30,531 nt of DNA from Polyangiales bacterium (GTDB lineage Bacteria; Myxococcota_A; Polyangia; Polyangiales; Polyangiaceae). Below, piece after piece: positions 26,502 to 30,531 of the stretch (within the stretch, counting starts at the first letter, position 1; the number at the start of each line of letters is the position of its first letter). The notes beneath the pieces were generated by a model that was not told where the DNA came from, made no database searches, and saw only the letters and a program-made list of their open reading frames with translations. The stretch spans positions 1 to 30,531 of the forward strand of contig JBBRNJ010000097.1 in NCBI GenBank assembly GCA_038230375.1. Reading direction: 5' to 3'. A program made the position numbers and the translations under genes.

Positions 26502-27371
26502 TCATTCCCCGCCGTCGTCGTCCGCGCCCCGCGCCTTCTTCTTGGTCGTCACGACCGTCATCTCGTCCTTGAAGTCGGGGGTGCCCCTGAACTGGAGCAC
26601 GGGAAGGCTCGCCTTCTTCTTCTTCTCACCAGCCATGAACTTGCGCGCGAGCCAGCGGACCGGATCGAAGTAGTCGTCCGCGACGCGCTCCTTCATCGGG
26701 ATGATGCCGTTGTCGGTGATGTTGATGTTCTCGGGGCAGACCTCGGTGCAGCACCGCGTGATGTTGCAGAGCCCGATGCCGAACTCCGTCTTCATCAGCT
26801 CGCGGCGATCGAGCGTATCGAGCGGGTGCATGTCCAGGCCGGCGAGCGCGATGAGGAAGCGCGGCCCCGCGAACTCTTCCTTCTTGTCGTGGTCGCGGAT
26901 GACGTGGCAGGTGTTCTGGCAGAGGAAGCACTCGATGCACTTCCGGAACTCCTGGATGCGCTCGATGTCGTCCTGCTGCATGCGCCACGTGCCGTCGGCC
27001 TCCTTGGGCTTGGGCGCGAATGCAGGGATTTTTGCGGCCATCCGGTAGTTATGGGACACGTCGGTCACCAGGTCCTTCAGGATGGGGAAGGACTTCATGG
27101 GCGTGACGGTGATGGGCTCACCGTCGGGGTACGCCGTCATGCGCGTCATGCAGAGGAGCTTTGGCTTGCCGTTGATCTCTGCGCTGCACGAGCCGCAGCG
27201 GCCGGCCTTGCAGTTCCAGCGCACAGCGAGCCCGGGCTCTTGCTTCGCCTGGATGTCGTGGATCGCGTCCAGGACGACCATGCCCGGGTAGGTCTCGACC
27301 TCGTAGCTCTGAAACTCGCCGCCTTCGTTGTCGCCGCGGTAGATCTGGAGTGTGGCTTTCTTCTCGCTCAT
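26502..27371 (-). CDS. sdhB: Succinate dehydrogenase/fumarate reductase iron-sulfur subunit
   Basis: 2Fe-2S CKAGRCGSCSAEINGKPKLLC, 4Fe-4S CIECFLCQNTC, and 3Fe-4S CNITRCCTEVCP. It has a basic and acidic C-terminal extension. Confidence 0.93.
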   Translation of the reverse strand: MSEKKATLQIYRGDNEGGEFQSYEVETYPGMVVLDAIHDIQAKQEPGLAVRWNCKAGRCGSCSAEINGKPKLLCMTRMTAYPDGEPITVTPMKSFPILKDLVTDVSHNYRMAAKIPAFAPKPKEADGTWRMQQDDIERIQEFRKCIECFLCQNTCHVIRDHDKKEEFAGPRFLIALAGLDMHPLDTLDRRELMKTEFGIGLCNITRCCTEVCPENINITDNGIIPMKERVADDYFDPVRWLARKFMAGEKKKKASLPVLQFRGTPDFKDEMTVVTTKKKARGADDDGGE

Positions 27372-27376
27372 GATGC

Positions 27377-29200
27377 TCAGCCCTCCTCCAGGATCTTCTT
27401 GATCTCGTCGGGCACTTCCGGAAGCGGCACCTCGGAGACTTCCATCTCGTCGCCGCCGGGCTTGTTGAGCCTTTCCACGATGTTCACCTTGCTGAAGTGA
27501 CCCTTGTCCTGGTCGGGATAGTCGTCACGTGCGTGGCCACCGCGGCTCTCCTTGCGGGCGATCGCAGCGCGGCACATGGCCTCTGCGCAGACCAGCATGT
27601 TGCGCATGTCGAAGTTCTCGTGCCACGCGGAGTTGAAGTGGCGGTTGTCCTCGACCTTGATCTTGCCGACCTTCGCCTTCAGCTTGTGGAGCTCCTCGAG
27701 TCCGGCCTTGAGCTCGTCCTCGGTGCGGATGATGCCGACGTGCTTCTGCATCGAGTCCTTGAGCTCTTCGTGGAGAAGGAACGGGTTCTCGCCCTTCTCG
27801 CGATTGAACGGCGCGAGCGCCTCCGTGGCGGCCGTGTCGATCTCGCCGTCGTCCGTGGACGGCGCATCCGCGGTCCTGGCGTATTTTGCTGCGTGCAGGC
27901 CGGCGATGCGACCGAACACGAGCAGGTCGGACAGGGAGTTGCCGCCGAGGCGATTCGAGCCATGCATGCCCGCGGCGCACTCGCCAGCCGCGAACAGGCC
28001 CTTGATGCGGGACTCCTGCGTCTCCGAATCAACGCGGATGCCGCCCATCGTGTAGTGGGCCGTGGGGCCAACCTCCATCGGGTCGGTGGTGATGTCCACG
28101 TCGCCCAGCTCCTTGAACTGGTGGTACATCGCGGGGAGCTTCTTCTTGATGTCCTCTGCGCTGCGACGCGTGGCGATGTCCAGGAAGACGCCGCCGTGCG
28201 GTGAGCCGCGACCGGCCTTCACCTCGGCGTGGATGGCGCGCGCGACGATATCACGCGGGAGAAGGTCAGGCGTGCGCTTCGCCTTGCTGCCGCCTTCCTG
28301 CGTGCTCTCGCGGAGCCACTGGTCCGCCTCTTCCTCGGTCGTCGCGGTCTCGTTCGCGTACAGCGCGGGGATGTAGTCGAACATGATGCGCTTCTGATCC
28401 TTGTTCCGGAGCGTGCCGCCTTCGCCACGCACGCCCTCCGTGATCAAGGTGCCGCGCACGCTGGGCGGCCACACCATGCCGGTGGGGTGGAACTGCATGA
28501 ACTCCATGTCCATGAGCTCTGCGCCGGCCAGATACGCGAGCGCCTGGCCGTCACCGGTGCACTCCCAGGAGTTCGAGTTGATCTTGAACATGCGGCCGAT
28601 GCCGCCAGTGGCGAGCACGATGGCCTTCGTCTTGAAGTGCACGAAGCGGCCATTTTCACGCCAGTAGCCGAAGGCGCCGCGGATCTTCTGCCCATCGACA
28701 AGAAGCCGCGTGATCGTGCACTCCATGTACACCTTGATGCCAAGGTGAACGCCGTGCTGCTGCAGCGTGCGGATCATCTCCAGGCCCGTGCGGTCACCGA
28801 CGTGCGCGAGGCGCGGGTACTTGTGGCCGCCAAAGTTGCGCTGGAGAATGCGTCCGTCGGCGGTGCGATCGAAGAGCGCGCCCCAGGACTCGAGCTCGTG
28901 AACGCGGTCCGGCGCTTCCATCGCGTGCAGCTGCGCCATGCGCCACTGGTTCAGGAAGCGACCACCCTTCATGGTGTCGCGGAAGTGCACCTTCCAGTTG
29001 TCGCGCGGCTCCACGTTGCCCATGGCCGCGGCGACTCCGCCCTCTGCCATGACGGTGTGGGCCTTGCCCAGGAGCGACTTGCACACGAGCCCGACGGAGA
29101 GCTTCTCGTTCGACGCCTCGATCGCGGCGCGCAGCCCGGCCCCGCCGGCACCGATGATCAGCACATCGTGCTCGTGCGTTTCATACTTGGTTTTGGCCAT
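27377..29200 (-). CDS. sdhA: Succinate dehydrogenase/fumarate reductase flavoprotein subunit
   Basis: MAKTKYETHEHDVLIIGAGGAGLRAAIEA (FAD GxGxxG), the FAD-linking HTVMAEGG region, FHPTG, and RLGGNSLSDLLVFG. ATG at 29200 overlaps the sdhC stop (TGATG). The part of ORF 27377..29902 upstream of 29200 overlaps sdhC out of frame. Confidence 0.95.
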   Translation of the reverse strand: MAKTKYETHEHDVLIIGAGGAGLRAAIEASNEKLSVGLVCKSLLGKAHTVMAEGGVAAAMGNVEPRDNWKVHFRDTMKGGRFLNQWRMAQLHAMEAPDRVHELESWGALFDRTADGRILQRNFGGHKYPRLAHVGDRTGLEMIRTLQQHGVHLGIKVYMECTITRLLVDGQKIRGAFGYWRENGRFVHFKTKAIVLATGGIGRMFKINSNSWECTGDGQALAYLAGAELMDMEFMQFHPTGMVWPPSVRGTLITEGVRGEGGTLRNKDQKRIMFDYIPALYANETATTEEEADQWLRESTQEGGSKAKRTPDLLPRDIVARAIHAEVKAGRGSPHGGVFLDIATRRSAEDIKKKLPAMYHQFKELGDVDITTDPMEVGPTAHYTMGGIRVDSETQESRIKGLFAAGECAAGMHGSNRLGGNSLSDLLVFGRIAGLHAAKYARTADAPSTDDGEIDTAATEALAPFNREKGENPFLLHEELKDSMQKHVGIIRTEDELKAGLEELHKLKAKVGKIKVEDNRHFNSAWHENFDMRNMLVCAEAMCRAAIARKESRGGHARDDYPDQDKGHFSKVNIVERLNKPGGDEMEVSEVPLPEVPDEIKKILEEG

Positions 29201-29973
29201 CAGAAAATCCTGAAGTCGGTGAAGGCGCCGGTCGCAACGGAGCGAATGTAGAAATCGGTCAATCCCACCCCGAAGAGGCTCATCCAGGCAAACAGCATGT
29301 GCTTCTCGTTCAGCTTGGAGACGATCTTCCAGAGCTTGAAGCGAAGGCCGCCAAGGAACGCCGTCGAGTAGCTGTTCACGTTGCCACCGACGAGATGCCG
29401 GAGCGCGTGACAGGAGAACGTGTAGAGCGACAGCAGCGTCGCGTTCATCGTGATGACGAGCGTGCCACCATTGAGGTGCATGCCGTCCTTCCAGCCCACG
29501 AGCGCGGTGATCGCGTCGTGCCAGAGGAAGACGAGGAACGCGAGCGCGACGTAGAGCGTGAACCGGTGCAGGTTCTGGAAGATGAAGAGCTTGGTCTCGC
29601 CGTTGTACTTGTGCGCGTTGCGCTCGCCGACCGCGCACCCCGGCGGGTCCATGGCGAACGCGCGGTAGTAGGCCTTGCGGTAGTAGTAGCAAGTGAGGCG
29701 GAACGACGCGGGGCCGCCGAGGATGAGCATGGCGCCCGACACCGGGATGGGCCAGTTCTTCGCGAAGCTCGTGTCGATGAGCGGTGAGTACATCGGCGAG
29801 AGGTACGGGCCGATCTGGAAGTTCGCGTTCTCGAAGCCGCGGAACGTGGCGTAGATGATGAAGCTCACGAGGATGACGCCCGTGGTCGCAGGGCCGACCC
29901 ACCAGTTGTCACGGCGCAGAGTCTTCCCGAGCCCGCTCTGGAGTACGGGCAGATGGACGGATTTTGCTCCCAT
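29200..29973 (-). CDS. sdhC: Succinate dehydrogenase/fumarate reductase cytochrome b subunit (b558-type, 5-TM; C-A-B gene order)
   Basis: Multi-TM protein with conserved His positions (FQNLHRF, LWHDAITAL, FSCHALRHL). It lies immediately upstream of sdhA. ATG at 29973 is preferred over TTG at 29985. Confidence 0.8.
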   Translation of the reverse strand: MGAKSVHLPVLQSGLGKTLRRDNWWVGPATTGVILVSFIIYATFRGFENANFQIGPYLSPMYSPLIDTSFAKNWPIPVSGAMLILGGPASFRLTCYYYRKAYYRAFAMDPPGCAVGERNAHKYNGETKLFIFQNLHRFTLYVALAFLVFLWHDAITALVGWKDGMHLNGGTLVITMNATLLSLYTFSCHALRHLVGGNVNSYSTAFLGGLRFKLWKIVSKLNEKHMLFAWMSLFGVGLTDFYIRSVATGAFTDFRIF

Positions 29974-30033
29974 TTCAGGGCGCAACCTACTCTGCGAACC
30001 AGAGTGAGTGCAAGGGCTTGCGCCGGGTTCCCG

Positions 30034-30531
30034 CTAGGCGAGGTCAGCGGAGAGGCGCGAGGCGATCTCTTCGAGGAACCGGTGCACCGAAGCCTCCGCG
30101 ATGCGGTGCCCCGCGATCGCGTCCGCAGCCGAGCCGAGCAGACCTCCAGGCGGCGTATACGATCCCACCAGATCGAGCTGCGTCTCTTCTCCAGACAGCG
30201 GATAGACCCGGAGCTCAGCGCTCATGGCAGGGAAGAACGCCTGCGAGGACGCCGCGACCCAGCGTAACCCGAGAGCTACGGCAGGCCCCACGTGCGCGCC
30301 GGGCGCGTGCCCGGTCGCGTCGAGGCTCGTGACCTCCACCTTGATGTCCTTGCCGATCTCGAAACCGGCGACGGTGATCTTCAGCTTCGCGGCGACGGAC
30401 TCGGCGCGCTCGGTGGCGGCGGTGGTCGCGCGGTGGAAGACGCCGACCGCGTCTGCCTTCAGGAGGTCCGCAATGCGCTCGTAGGGGCGGTTCACGTATG
30501 CGTAGCAGCGGATCTCTTTCGGCTCGGACAT
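30034..30531 (-). CDS. Hypothetical protein (possibly SRPBCC/START-like fold); the ATG coincides with the last 3 nt of the window
   Basis: 165-aa ORF with high GC3. MSEPKEIRCYAYVNRPYERIADLL... begins at 30531, so the true start could lie beyond the window. Confidence 0.6.
   Translation of the reverse strand: MSEPKEIRCYAYVNRPYERIADLLKADAVGVFHRATTAATERAESVAAKLKITVAGFEIGKDIKVEVTSLDATGHAPGAHVGPAVALGLRWVAASSQAFFPAMSAELRVYPLSGEETQLDLVGSYTPPGGLLGSAADAIAGHRIAEASVHRFLEEIASRLSADLA

Noticed and set aside
23791-27500. 483-aa (23791..25242) and 510-aa (25968..27500) plus-strand ORFs
   Set aside because: They are antisense to the 706-aa lipoprotein and to the TPR/sdhB genes respectively. Their composition is the typical shadow-ORF type.
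29201-29902. N-terminal 230-aa extension of ORF 27377..29902 upstream of the sdhA MAKTKYE start
   Set aside because: It overlaps sdhC in another frame. SdhA homologues begin at the FAD GxGxxG region, and the ATG at 29200 is coupled to the sdhC stop.

Overview
About 70% G+C bacterial chromosomal DNA. The gene content points to Myxococcota, probably a Polyangia-like organism: many lipobox lipoproteins with Myxococcus-type Cys-rich repeats, a matrixin-like protease ending in a MYXO-CTERM-like tail, and an orphan FlhB/SctU homologue. I support 27 CDS. One is a 59-aa gene absent from the ORF track, and one carries an apparent frameshift. Housekeeping genes (2-oxoacid dehydrogenase E1-alpha, lpdA, pspA, obg, sdhCAB) are interleaved with accessory secreted Cys-rich proteins. 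Many of the longest ORFs in the track are antisense shadow ORFs typical of high-GC DNA and were rejected. The main anomaly is a ~2.5-kb ORF-poor, lower-GC, hairpin-dense island (about 21.2-23.7 kb) between two convergent genes. On the minus strand it has promoter-like and terminator-like signals, and next to the promoter sits a tandem TT-n-CCACAGG (DnaA-box-like) triplet. It is a candidate very large unclassified structured RNA; alternatives are a giant 3' UTR or decayed foreign DNA. Other notable points: (1) a ~120-bp inverted-repeat pair around a 169-bp spacer (9.77-10.18 kb); (2) obg with a repeat-encoded Lys/Ser tail, translationally coupled to an orphan FlhB/SctU gene; (3) pspA coupled to an 896-aa STAND-like protein with a Lys-less P-loop; (4) a tightly coupled protease plus two paralogous lipoproteins; (5) an ATP-grasp gene next to a tail-anchored (VEPAK)n protein; (6) several coding and non-coding microsatellites; (7) a shared G-rich 14-mer. 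All functional calls come from motif recognition by eye, because no database search or folding computation was possible.
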